In this document: positions 34,834 to 46,964 of the stretch, piece after piece | Numbering within the stretch: the first letter of the stretch is position 1 | Layout: the number at the start of each line of letters is the position of its first letter | Assembly: GCA_013115125.1 (NCBI GenBank) | Contig: JABANN010000249.1 | Location: 1-47,445, forward strand | Length of the DNA stretch: 47,445 bases | Direction of reading: 5' to 3' | Source: Perkinsus olseni | Lineage: Eukaryota | Made by a program: the position numbers and the translations under genes | The notes under the pieces: model-generated | Databases searched by the model: none | What the model saw: only the letters and a program-made list of their open reading frames with translations | What the model was told of the DNA's origin: nothing

Positions 34834-36060
34834 TCATTCGGGACTGACTTGGCTCCGCCTTCTGAATGTCATTTTCCTGAATAGAGAGGGTTCCCTCCGC
34901 GATTTCATAGTCGTTCCAATGTCGGTGGGCTTCCCCGAAGCGGTAGCTGTAGAGTTCCCATGATTGCGAGAGAGGTGTAGCCGCCTTTCGGAGAGGTCAA
35001 ACTTCACGTCGTACGCACGGAATAGCGGTTGCCCCAATGTGGTTATCCCGGAATCAACAGGGTCGATATCCATTTGGCAGCATAGGGCCTCACAGGAGTG
35101 TATATAATGCATCGGCTCTATTCTGATGTCGATAGTATAAGGGGGGCTCCCGATTTTGTAGCTGAGTGTTGGTAAATAGGGAAGAGCCTCCATCCTCACC
35201 ATATGCCCCGACCGACTCGCACATAGCAGCTGCTGTTTGTCGGTGATTTCCACAAATTTAACCTGTTTGCGCATCGTCTCCCAAGTGGTGTCGATGACTT
35301 TCTCAAATTCCTTGTTGGAGATGATAAGCGACATGGCTCCCGTATCCACAAGGGCCGGCTTGGCCTTACCCCACCACAAACGCCGCGTCTTCACCTGCTT
35401 GCCAGAGGAGTCGAACAGCTCGAGTGGCCGCTGAGGGACAGCTATAACCCCGTACTCGGCCGGTTCCTCACTGAAGCCTATGGACGAAGTCTGGGTCGTC
35501 GCCGAGCCGCCAAGCGTTAGATTTCCGCTCATACCAGGTCCCTGCTCTTCAGCGTGTATCGAGTACGAGAGGGTGTCGATAACTTGCTGCTTCTGGAGCT
35601 GTTCCAAGAACGTTTCTGGTATATTGTCACCGCCGAATGAAAGACCAAGTATGGCTGAGCAGTTTCTATGATCATGGATCGGAAATCCAACGACCAGTCC
35701 GAGCTTGAGGTCCTCAATTTTCCTGTTCCCGACAACAAGTGTCATGTTGTGTTCAACATAAACGTACATCTCGCCGTCGTACAACTTCTTTTGCCACACT
35801 TTTCTCGAGAGTATATCATCACAAGGCTTCTCCGGGGGACAGAAATAGCATCCGTAAGGACTCCTGCCACAGCTGTCTTTCCCAAATATTTGCTCGTACA
35901 CGGGGCCGTAGAAAGCGAAACTTTCGGCGACACCGGAATCCACCTCGAAATTGAGGGGCTGACCGTCCAGGGTCAGGGGTACTCGTCCGTCAGTGATTGG
36001 CAGACTTAGTCGCTCGGATTTAGCGACAGCTATGAGGGCCCCCAAAAAAAGGTTGCGCAT
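34834..36060 (-). CDS. Pepsin-like (A1) aspartic protease, secreted, intronless
   Basis: Signal-like MRNLFLGALIAVA; VDSGV and LVDTGA catalytic motifs; AILGLS; LGQPLFRAYDVKFD. Confidence 0.9.
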   Translation of the reverse strand: MRNLFLGALIAVAKSERLSLPITDGRVPLTLDGQPLNFEVDSGVAESFAFYGPVYEQIFGKDSCGRSPYGCYFCPPEKPCDDILSRKVWQKKLYDGEMYVYVEHNMTLVVGNRKIEDLKLGLVVGFPIHDHRNCSAILGLSFGGDNIPETFLEQLQKQQVIDTLSYSIHAEEQGPGMSGNLTLGGSATTQTSSIGFSEEPAEYGVIAVPQRPLELFDSSGKQVKTRRLWWGKAKPALVDTGAMSLIISNKEFEKVIDTTWETMRKQVKFVEITDKQQLLCASRSGHMVRMEALPYLPTLSYKIGSPPYTIDIRIEPMHYIHSCEALCCQMDIDPVDSGITTLGQPLFRAYDVKFDLSERRLHLSRNHGNSTATASGKPTDIGTTMKSRREPSLFRKMTFRRRSQVSPE

Positions 36061-36449
36061 TGCTAACAAACCGGAGTTAAGTAGCACTGCGAATAACGGC
36101 GACGGAAAGGATAGTATATCTGCGTACGGGCCTCTCACACGGAGCACAACCGCGACAGTACCACCATCATGGCACGGCTCCGGTGGAGATCAACCGGACA
36201 TGGCTCAAGCCTCGTTATAGCACGAAAGATCAGCACTGCGAACAATGCGCTGGATTCGGAAGAGAGATGAAGCGCTCGAAAACAGCGAGTGGTCTCTGTC
36301 TCTTCGAGAATGCGCTCGCCCAACCGTGGCTATAGAGCGGTGAGTACGGATCACCTTCGAGGTCCGACGGGGTCCTCGGGCCCTCGATGCTCCCTTTCAC
36401 TCAATAACACGGCGAATGACTATGGTAGTTGGACAAGTATAGCAATGTT

Positions 36450-37750
36450 GACACACCGAGGACCCATGCTAGCTTTCACAGTAGAAAAGGTTACCGAAGC
36501 AGTAGCAAGTGGTGGCTCGACCCGCACTCAAGGTCACCGTACTCGATGCAACGAACGCTGGACCTGCTCACACCAGTGGAACCGACTGCTGCACCGTTGT
36601 CACCTTTGAGGAGGACAGAACTCGATCGAGCGTTTATGAATGTATACTCTATTGTTGAACTAGTAGTGTACTGAGGGTATGTCGGCGACAAAGGCGCTTG
36701 ATTGCAGATTGAGTAAGTACCTGGTTATGAAACAATAGGATACCTGTGATGCTGATACTGTTCAAAAAACTCATGCCGACTCTTCGGTTGGGCATCGGGC
36801 ACCCTACCTGCTCCGGGTCCAATCTGGACTTCTACGTTGGCCTGAGGGTTGCCAGCAAATATCCAACAATAAGGGCTTGCGGCTGTCCCGGGCTGATAGG
36901 GATGAAGGCAACGTCGAGATGTGAGAGGGAAGACGACTGATACCTCCGTGGTCGGGATCGCATCCATCGTTATAACGGTAGAGTCAGGGGTCTGAGCTAT
37001 CCCACTGATCGGAGCAGGGTCAGTAGCCACTGAGCCTTCCAGTAACGGTACCTGACACAAGGTGAATCGCTCCGCCTGCACACGTTCCAGGTCGTCGATC
37101 GAGCGCCTCTATCGCCTACATACCCTCAGCACGCTACTAGTACAACTATCGGAGAAAACAACGCATCCCATTGCGATTCCCATGGGCATAGAGGGGCCGT
37201 CTTGATGGCTCACCTGGACCGCTGCGGGTAATGGTGACACATCCGAGCTCGGCCAGAGTAGGCATCCCGAGCGGCTAACCGAGGACGACCAGTCGCCTGA
37301 ACCGTGGTCCAGCACCTGGGGATGGTGATGCCCACCCCAGTGCACTGTGAGCCATACCTCAAATACACGCTGGGCAGATGTGAGAGCGCACATGCACAGT
37401 AGGGGAAGATACCGAGGCAGTATTCGATAGGAAACGATCATGGTGTGGTATAGGGGGAATGATATAAAGGCTGGGTGTCGTTATAGAACAGACCCGCTCA
37501 ATGCGATAGACTACACAAAAAACTTGGAACCTGTACACGCGTCAATGATAGTAAAGCACACCATTGTAGCAGTATGCTCTGCGAAATCTCGAACTCGTGG
37601 CTGAGGGAGAAGCCGTTGGGGATCGACAAATGAGCGAACAGGGCAGAACCTCCTATGCTGAATGTAGCTGGGCTTGACGGATGCGGCGCTGTAACTTGGA
37701 ACGTACCTGAGCAGAACCCCCTTGCCATGGCTTCGTTCTGGTGACAACTT
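36450..37750 (-). mobile_element. Decayed LTR-retroelement (Ty3/gypsy-like) pol remnant
   Basis: RT-like motifs in the correct order: PRVRDFAEHTATMVCFTIIDACTG, then MPMGI (37178-37189) with SIDDL (37091-37099) in frame about 30 codons later; weak integrase-like SPGQPQA / SPTYPQ downstream; many stops. Confidence 0.4.
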
Positions 37751-38914
37751 ACTTGCCGATCCACCCAGGTTGAGGAACGTGTACTCAAAGACTTTACTAG
37801 TACCTAGAGAGGAGCGAAGCTAGACCAGGGAAGGGAGGGGCGAGCACTCACTCAGAGGTATAGGAGTCGTTGAGATAGGATAGACGAGATCGCCATTGCA
37901 ATTCGCCAGCGTTAGTGTGTAGGTCGTCGGGCTAGCGGGGTTGGTGGGCAAGTACCTAGAAGTGAGGTTCATCAAGGGGCGAAGCGGGAGACTCACTCCT
38001 GTAGGGCGAAACATCGGGGACACTGCTGACTGTTGCAAGCCGCAGTGGCCATGTCAATAGGGGTGCCTGCAGTCGATAGGTTCGTAAGAAGTCTCGGAGA
38101 AATTCATCGTACTGGCGGAAATGCGTACGCAGCCATAAGCGTCGGAAGTCGGCATCGTTGAGTAGTCAGTTGAAGCGTCCTCCATTGTTGTGAGTATCTG
38201 CCAGGGGGAGTGCTTCAGTCAAGTTTTGCACACTGGTGCGAGCCCACCCGCTGACTGCAGGCACTCCTCAAGGCGACTAACAAGAAGGTCCGCCGCAGTA
38301 GTAGAGCGGACATTTACCCCGGTCAAGGCGAACAATGACGCTGAGCCGATTCCCAGCGTGTCCGATGGGCCGCGATCTAACACTAGAATTGTATCCCATT
38401 GACAACACGACGAGACCTGATAGCCTCAACATCCTATATGAAACCGCGGGCTCCATCAGAGGCACCTAGATGTGCGGTAGCACGCATGGCCATGAACATC
38501 GCTCCAACTGCCGACCCGATCGAGGACTTCGACAAGAGACCGATCTTCCCGGCAGCGCACTCCGGGAAACCGAGGGCGTCTCGCTAATGAGAGGCCACAG
38601 AGGGGAACCAGCACGCAGTCATCCCCGTACTTGCACGTCGTGTACCACTCGGGAGACAGCTCCTATGCAGACCAGTCCTTGCTGCACCACTTGCTGTCCT
38701 TGATGCGGTGACATCTTGGAGGTCTCATGGAATGGGAGAATCTACGGCGGTACGAGTGTCACCAGCGGAGTGGGAATGAATTCCTCACCGCGCCGACTCT
38801 GTTGGAGTAGTCCACACACGCCTGCAGTGAATGCCGCAAACTGCTCCCAAGCTGGAAAACGTTACAATATCCACTAAACCCCCGCGAGCTATTACGCAAA
38901 GACCACTCACATCA

Positions 38915-38987
38915 TCCGATATAGTCTAGCTGGTTAGGATACCTGGCTTTCACCCAGGCGACCCGGGTTCGAGTCCCGGTATCGGAA
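38915..38987 (+). tRNA. tRNA-Glu (anticodon TTC)
   Basis: Acceptor TCCGATA/TATCGGA, D arm TAGTCTAGCTGGTTAGGAT, anticodon stem CCTGG/CCAGG with loop CTTTCAC, T arm CCGGG-TTCGAGT-CCCGG. Confidence 0.97.
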
Positions 38988-41954
38988 TTTATCAATGTTC
39001 GATCCCATTTCAGAGATCGAACAGCTTCTGCGCATAAATTATGAATGGCCATGGAGACAGGCTTCTCCTGCTCCCTACACAGCTACAGCCATTCAAACTT
39101 CCTACAACTAAGGCACTGCCGGAACGGCATCCCATCACACAGTTGAACGCTCGACGATATGGGGCGTAACCTTTGAGCCGTAAACTATCAACACGAGAGA
39201 CGCCCTCCTTACTCCTTGCAGCAAGCTCCCATCCACATTAATCGACCTCAAATCATCTCCTGGTACCGTCAGACGATTCAAGACTTCGTGACCGTGCCCG
39301 CTGGGCCGGCCAAGCCCCCGCGCGTCATGGTAAGGGTGTGAAGCCGATTGTAGCGGCAACCGACGCTGCCTTCCATTGTTCGAGCCATGACTGGAGTGAT
39401 CATGTCTACGAGTCCTGCTGACCGCATGATAGCGGTCAGACCTCGAGTATCCGCTTGTCTCGCCCCGGCCGTGATACCGGGAATCGGAAAAGTAATCATC
39501 ATCCCGATCAAATACTTCGCGTTCACTGCTATCGTGACGGTGATGGTGAGCAGGAGCATGATATTGTCCGAAGCTGGACACCTCTGGAGGAGGCATATGC
39601 TTCGGGAACCCTAGCCCCTCGTGATTCAGGATACTCTGGACCTGCACAAGCGGCATGTAGCGAATCGCAACAGGCGCCTACCTTGACGAGTCGCTCAACA
39701 ACAGCTGGTATCGCTGAGTTCAAGTCCTTTATCGTGTCACCATCTATGTGTTGTTGCGCGTAACTACGGCAATGAGCAACCTCAGCCTTATTTACAAGGG
39801 AATACACGCGTTCGGGCGCCGTTGAACCTATTCAGGCTCACATGTGGAAAGTCTCGTCCTCCAGCCTCGGAAGATATTTCGTCAGCTCATGCAGCAATTT
39901 ATCCAACTGACATCAATTACAATCCACGCCCGAGACGCCGTTTCCCCCAAGGCCCTGTTGCGAGACCTGGACACGCCTTCATCGAAATAGGAGTCCCTTG
40001 TCGGAAAAACTACCCCGTACCCGTACTACCTCAGAACCATCGTACCACTCATAATTGTGCACTAATAAGTTGTCCAGCGTATGAAGGAGTGTCATGAAGA
40101 CTGAAGATGCAGGCTACCGGTCCACAGCCACAGTGTGACTGTCACACTATCGGGCAACCAGTCGAACCTCAGCAGCTGATCCCCTTTTTCTTGGCGTTGG
40201 TTGTGACGGCGCCGCGCGTCGCACCCCATGGAGAATCTTGCTCACTTGTAATTCCTCAACGCAACTTCATCGGTTCAGATTTTCCAGCGTCGTGTACCAC
40301 GCGTTTCGGGTCGCCATGCACCCCAGCCCGCTGCCCTCCAATCGAACGGCCGCTTCCCGGTCACTAAGTCTTTACGACTACTCAGTTTACGAGAAGAACG
40401 GCAGCTTGTTGCCGGCGGGGATGCCGACCATTGTGGACAACCAGCGGGTCCCCATCGTGAGTCCTCCTTCGAGCCCCTACATGGTATCTTTGGGAATCTT
40501 AGGGACTCAACCCAGCCCAGCGTAACAAGATACTATCTGAATCATCGTCAACTTATGGTCATGATACACCCTACAGTCGTGTGATCACGGATAAATCGGT
40601 AGTAGACGGGGGAGACTGGTCAAGGGGGGCGTGCTTGGAATGGCTGTGAAGAGACCGAGTGATTGAGAACACAACACCCGAGTTTTGCCGTCTTTGATAC
40701 GATCTTTTTTTCTACTGTCTTCTTGTAATCAGCCACTTGGCTCCAGCGTGGCTCCTTATCGGAGCAAGATAGCCTATCAGCGAGATATATTACATGCTCA
40801 CGAATCATGCTAGGTGCGCTTCCTGTACGGCAGCAATTTCCGGTTCGACGAGGGCGGCACCGTTTCACTGGAGCCCTCATCGCCGAGTCGAACGCCAGTC
40901 GCCACCAGTGAGTCCATTCAGTGTCGTGTGTGTGGCCTCTGCTCGGTCTGTGTTCAGGTACCACACCATCCGCAACTCTTCGAGAACACACTCACGTTTT
41001 TAGTGGTGATACGCCTTATGCTCGCGATGAGGAGGAGAATAAACGGTTGCTGCGAGAACAGAGCAGAGGTAATCTTCTCTCGCCTTCGCGGAATGACATT
41101 GGAGGCCTTTGGACTGATCGAGGAAACCTGTGAACAGTTTCGTCTTGGTGTCCTCTCTGCTACGCAGTGATTCTGCAAATTACCAGCGTCAACCTCAGAT
41201 GCTCCTCGAATCGAGGTCAGGACCCCCTGGGCTGATCACAACAGTGACCGAGCGTCCAAGTATCCAGATGCTGTCGATGCTCGTCCTAGATACACCAGTG
41301 AATTGGACATGCATAGACTGCTTCGGTAGTAACACCCTCTTACGCGACTCACAAATTCTGTAGTTAGCTTGAGTTCGGTCGACTATCATTCAAAGCAGCT
41401 GACGAAATTGCCTTTGAACTGTCACCAAGGACGTCGGCCGTGCTTCCGGTTCGGTTTCGGCTCAGTCGCTGTCGTATCTTTTGAGGGCAGCCTAACCATA
41501 GCTCCCCATGTTTAACTTTGCTCCTGGCCATGCTGAGCCAGCCGTGAACATGGCCACTCAAGAAGCTCTCGTACTGGGTTGACTATCATGCGAGCGCTTT
41601 CCGCTTTCACCGCGTGTAAGCTGTGGAGTAATCGCGTCAGGCACCGGTATGTGGTTCACAGTCAGCTCGACTGGAGCCAACACCCATGATGATGATGATG
41701 AGAAAAAGAAGAACGATACATGTTGTCGTGCCCTGCGTCTTTCGCTGTTGTTGAGTTCCCGGATATTGAGCTGTGATCGAATGCTGTTGCCGATAGCGAA
41801 CTTGGAATCGTATTATCATCCCTGCTTCAAGTAGGTCGTTGAGAATACATCGTGTGTAGCAAAGATTGTAGTAATTTTTTACTTGGTATAATTCTCGAGA
41901 TGAAACGGTTGATCGATTTAGAGAATCTTAGCTCGATTAGTTGATGATTCATTA

Positions 41955-42974
41955 ATGTACTACGACGGCTTCGAATGTTGCCAATGCTCATGTCCCTGCC
42001 ACCGCGGTGACGACGGCTTAGACGTGGTCACTGGAGAGGTTGAAGAGTATCCTACGGGCGAGCGAAACTTGGAGAGAAACGGCGGCCTAGATGATTATTT
42101 CGACGAGAGTGAGTTTACACGGCTAGATGAAGTCCAGCGGGAGATCGACACGGTACAGCGGAAAAAGGAGCGCTTGGCGCGAGACAGAGAAAATCGATGG
42201 ACGGTTCGCTCTGATGGGGCTGTTACATGCGCTGGCAGCGACGGTCAACCATGGATGAATCCGGGAAGGAGTGGTACGACATACTTCGGTGATCGGTACG
42301 ATACTGAAACGGCGGATGGATTATTTGGCGTCAGAGAAGCATATAAGCCGGAGAAGCAAGAGGGGCCCAAGAGGATGGACGGAGGAAGCGTGTGTAGTGA
42401 TTCATCATGGGGTGAAACGGTTGATCGATTTGGGCAAGTTAATGATAAACATATTCCGAAAAGTCAACAGCGGCAGGGAAGCGAGGCGACTAATAAGGAG
42501 GAGAAGGTCTTCGACGAGGAGTCCTCGGATGCTCCTGGTTTTGGCGTGGCGGTCGGGGAGAAATCTGACGAGGAGCTTGATAAGGTCATCAGCCATTTGG
42601 GCACCGCAAAAAGCGATGTGGCAAATCGATTAACCGTTTCGGATATGAAAGATACGGGGGCGGACGAAGTTGCACGCATGTCGATCCAACCGATTCCCGT
42701 GATCGATATCATTCCTGAGACAAATCCAGCGGACTGGGACCCGAACGATTTCAAAGCTGCCTTTTTTGCCAGGGAACAACACGCCACAGTGAAAGCGCCT
42801 GCTGTCACGAAGGCCGCCACGGTGAAAGCGAAGTACTTGGATGGCATTGAAGTTGGCAGAGTACGAAATGATGTGTCATGGAGGGCGAAGAAGTTGGAGG
42901 GAAGAAGATACCCTGGTGATGGGAAATACGCACTAGTAAGGCATGCGGGCTCATGGTCATCGGTGCTACTCTGA
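41955..42974 (+). CDS. Hypothetical acidic protein, 339 aa, with N-terminal CCxCxCxCH cluster
   Basis: 1-kb open frame with ATG after an AT-rich leader; no family recognised. Confidence 0.6.
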   Translation: MYYDGFECCQCSCPCHRGDDGLDVVTGEVEEYPTGERNLERNGGLDDYFDESEFTRLDEVQREIDTVQRKKERLARDRENRWTVRSDGAVTCAGSDGQPWMNPGRSGTTYFGDRYDTETADGLFGVREAYKPEKQEGPKRMDGGSVCSDSSWGETVDRFGQVNDKHIPKSQQRQGSEATNKEEKVFDEESSDAPGFGVAVGEKSDEELDKVISHLGTAKSDVANRLTVSDMKDTGADEVARMSIQPIPVIDIIPETNPADWDPNDFKAAFFAREQHATVKAPAVTKAATVKAKYLDGIEVGRVRNDVSWRAKKLEGRRYPGDGKYALVRHAGSWSSVLL

Positions 42975-43926
42975 CTAAGTCGTTTTCCGGCGTTGGTCAG
43001 AGAACTTTCGTAGACGCTTATGGCCAGTTCGAAGGCTCCTCTCGCTTGTTGGTTCGTCGTAGCTTTCACCCTGTGTGTGGTTCCTCGTGTTCTTTTAGAG
43101 GCGACCTGTTCCCGAGCATCTGGCGGAGTTGAGGGAGACGGGAAGCTGATGCTCATGAATCCACGTTGATTTGTGTATCGATAATCACCGATGTTGGCCC
43201 GTTAACATGTGTTTTGCGTTGTCAGTAGAGTGGCTGCTGTTGTGTGGCTTGGAGCGTCGATCGCATCTGCGTTACCAACTAGCGGAGAGCGTGAACTGCA
43301 CTCTTGAGAATCTTTTCTGTGCGTGGAATCTTCTAGAAAACTCATCGAACGGTGACAGCGTGGGGGAGCCCGTACTTTTTCGTTTATGTCTTCGGCTCCG
43401 CAGAGAGACACAGTATCACCGGAGAGGACAGAATCAAACCAAGTCAGATTTGTGCATGCGTGCAAGCTGAAACGGCTCTGTGTGTAGAACTGACTCTTCA
43501 GGTTCAAAGATTATCATCTAACGGGGCAGACCTCCACAGTGGAGGTTTTTGTGGAACCCCGAAAGTAGGCTGTTTCATGAACGTCTTCTCGGGAAGTTTT
43601 TTCATCTGTCAGTGTGACTCGAATGACGATGATTCGAGCGAGATATTGCAGGAGGACACGGCAGGTGAGAGGGGCAATTAAGTGGCGCGTGACGGATGGT
43701 TTGTGATATCCACAGGGTCCTCGTTGTCTACAACTACTGATAGTAGTCCTGTCCGTTGTTTTTCTTGTCGTGGTACGGGACTGCCGAATAGACGGCAGAC
43801 CGACGCAATGGCCACTGAGGCCCTGCGCAGTATATTCGCGACACCGGAGCTTTATCAGCGTAATAGTGAAGTCGTGGGTTCGATCCCGGGCGGGGTCATT
43901 TTGACGTCAATCAATCAGGAGCCTCT

Positions 43927-44810
43927 ATGCATTTCATTAACACCCGAGTGGCTCCGCCGCCGCCTCCTCCACCAGAGGCACGACCAACACCATTCAGGAG
44001 GAAGGGCCTCGACGATGATAATGACGTCGAGCGTGTTCATAGCGAGGAGCCAAGTAATCACTATCAACCCTCGCCTTCTTCGAGATCATCGCCGTATAGG
44101 TGCCGGCGACCTTTATACAGCCTCGAGTGTTGTAACGTTCCGAACGCCTCTAGGGTCCTCGTGGAGCCCCTCCGGTAAAACAGAGAGATGATTTCAGGAT
44201 GGCCTTACACAGCCCCCTTCAGATACATCATATTTATCGATTGCTTCACCTGTTGGGTCTCGAGAACGGCGTGATGGCGGAGGTACGTCATTTTTTCAGC
44301 CTCGTCAAGGGTATTCACGTTATGTCAGTCTCCCCACCTGTCCAGAGAATTAGAATAGACTCGCTTGTTGGGGGAAATCCTGTTGATACCAATGCTGATG
44401 CGGAGGAGGAGACGTGGCTCCGGAAGGTCAATAGCAACAGTCGACGTCTGTTTTCGCGCCACTATAACAAGAGCGCGGCGGAGGTTAAAGTGATGGCTGC
44501 TCGCATTGATGGGTTACAGCGTGAGATACGAGAATTGCGGAGAGAGCTCGAGGAGAGTCGGACGAAGATACTTGACATGGAGGAGCGTCAGGAGGCCTTC
44601 TGGCAGGAGGATGTTTACGACATTGTTAACAACATCTCATCTGTGTCGAGTACGCCGCCTTCTTCGGCGTCAAGCCCTTACCGTGGCAAAGAGGATGGTG
44701 CCTCTTCCATGCGACAAGACGTGGCGACTGAGACAGAGGATATCCTAGATGGCAGCGAATCTTCATCGTTTTATACAGCTGTCTCATCAGAGTCGGACAT
44801 AGAAGCTTAG
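43927..44810 (+). CDS. Multi-exon hypothetical protein (poly-Pro N-terminus, coiled coil, Ser/acidic tail)
   Basis: Poly-Pro exon from ATG 43927; last exon from about 44346 with IDGLQREIRELRRELEESRTKILDMEERQ ending at TAG 44810. Confidence 0.55.
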
Positions 44811-45639
44811 CATCGCTCCGCTGTTACAATACTCATTTTTACTGCATCATTTGATTTCCCTTCTGACGTTCAACCGTTTTTAATGACTCTTAAACTCAAG
44901 CTCTTAAAAGCGGTTCAAAGTTTAATAATATTGATGTTTCGTTAAGAGTTGGGGTAACAACAGCGAATCCTCGATGTGAAATGAAAATGATCACGCACTC
45001 CCAGGGGAGACATTTACATAGCATTTGATGAGAGAATGAATGAATGAGGCAATTGAATGAGGCCCCCATTGAAAATTGGCAAAAAAAAATCAGCAGCTGG
45101 AGCAAGCGTCCGAGAACTGGCGACTGGGACGTTGACCGCGAGGATGGAGGAAGATGCAGAAGAAGTCAGTCGAAGCCTCAGAGCAGGAAGACGTGATAAT
45201 TAAGTCATGTATTGCTCGTTATTAAGGACAGTTCCAGCCTGATGAGAGAATGCATCCGGCGGGGCAAGAATGAGAAGTTACCGCAGTCCTTTCAGAGCAA
45301 CAGGGCGTTGCACCCCCATTGCGCGTTGAGTTCCAATATTCTGTCCGCCAGGATCGACCTATGATGGTGAATTGCAAGGCTCGAGAGCCCACGGTTCACT
45401 AACCTTGCTGAGGATCCATGACGTGTTTTGTCTGCTTCTTGTTAGGTTGGGTGGACAGGCGGGCCAGCGCAGCACAATTGGGCGAGCGCGGAACGGAGTG
45501 ATGCAACCGTAAGATATTCAACAGAATGCAGTCATTCGTGTGAGATGTTGGTACTATTTGCTTTGTTCCGGCACCTAAGCAGCTGACGGTTATCATATGG
45601 TTAGAAACTTTCAGGTTTACCTCTTGTTTCTCTCTCGGG

Positions 45640-46512
45640 ATGCGCACCTTCGTCTTCATTATCTTGGTCGGCATTGCTGTTGGATTCACTGGCGACACGA
45701 CTGATGAGGTTGAGCCCAAGGGTGAATACTGTGAGAGTTCCTGCGCCCAGACCATGGGCTGCTCGGAGTCCTACTGCAAGGATAATGGAGTCTGCTTTGG
45801 CCTCTACCATAAGGACGATGGCAAATGCTTCCAGCCTGACTCTGAGTTCAACGTTGACTGTGACGACTCCGTGTTGAAGCCTGTCCTCTGCCATGAGTAT
45901 CCCGACACGACGTGTCAGGAAGTGTGTGATGGTATGCCCGGGTGCAAGGACTCATCGTGGGGCTCCTACTGTAAATTCTGGCAGGACCCTCCGGTGTGTT
46001 TCGGCATCATCACCAAAGATGATGGCAGCCTCTGCCACGCCAGCGATGACGATGAGTGTGTAGGTGAACCCTATCCCTGCCACATGGCAACTGTTGGCCC
46101 GACTAGTTCTCCCGACGCCACCGACGCTGTCACTACAGAGGATATGACGACCGAGTACACTCCCACCAGTCCTATGGTCAACACCACCGTGTTAGAGGAC
46201 ACGACTGTTGTTAAGTCGACCACCCAGCCCGTCTCGACTGATGACATCATCGGAACATGGTGCGGTGACTCCCCCTTCGGCTACCTCGAGATGATCTTCG
46301 ACACAACTTACGTTTCTCTGTATGTGGCTGGCCAGTATTTCTATTCTCAGTATAACGTCAAAGAGCGAGAAATTGTTTTGGTCAACCCTGATGATAATTT
46401 GTCTACCTTTTTGCGTGAGATGAACTCTCAGATTATTACTGAGTATCACGCTTATGAGATGTATATCGAATTTGTGGAGGTGACAACTGTTGTCGCTGTC
46501 AAATGTTCCTAA
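45640..46512 (+). CDS. Secreted Cys-rich protein, copy 2, 290 aa
   Basis: Signal-like MRTFVFIILVGIAVG; only 7 aa differ from copy 1 after about residue 27. Confidence 0.88.
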   Translation: MRTFVFIILVGIAVGFTGDTTDEVEPKGEYCESSCAQTMGCSESYCKDNGVCFGLYHKDDGKCFQPDSEFNVDCDDSVLKPVLCHEYPDTTCQEVCDGMPGCKDSSWGSYCKFWQDPPVCFGIITKDDGSLCHASDDDECVGEPYPCHMATVGPTSSPDATDAVTTEDMTTEYTPTSPMVNTTVLEDTTVVKSTTQPVSTDDIIGTWCGDSPFGYLEMIFDTTYVSLYVAGQYFYSQYNVKEREIVLVNPDDNLSTFLREMNSQIITEYHAYEMYIEFVEVTTVVAVKCS

Positions 46513-46964
46513 ATATTTGGAGTAAGTCATTATCTTAGACAGTAGTATTAGTTATTTTTAAGTTGACTCGAGCGACAGGTATCGCTAATAGTTTGGTGGT
46601 AGATGTGCAGTGTCGAGTTGTTCGCGTGGTTTGCCGGCGGGCTGCGCTCGTCCGGTAGCTGCGGTATTAAAGCCGTGAAACTATTCAAGAAGACAAAGGA
46701 TATCTGGCTTCGTCGCATAATTCCTGCAAACCCTCCGTGATAATCTCTTAAGCTACAATGGGGGCTATTCAATGAGGTGGGCCGGCGTGATTGGTCCTGT
46801 CTACTAGTCGTATACTAGCAGGAAGATACTTCGATGTAGAGGTATTTTCATGCCCTCTCTGTGAGTCCCTCAATACTATAGTTTAACGCAAATCCATCAA
46901 TTTGCCACAGTTATACAACGGTCACGCCGGACCACCGCTGGGTTCTGGCGAGTCTTTTTTCGAT

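Noticed and set aside
39000-41800. Short overlapping ORFs downstream of the tRNA
   Set aside because: No coherent gene model or family signature is visible.
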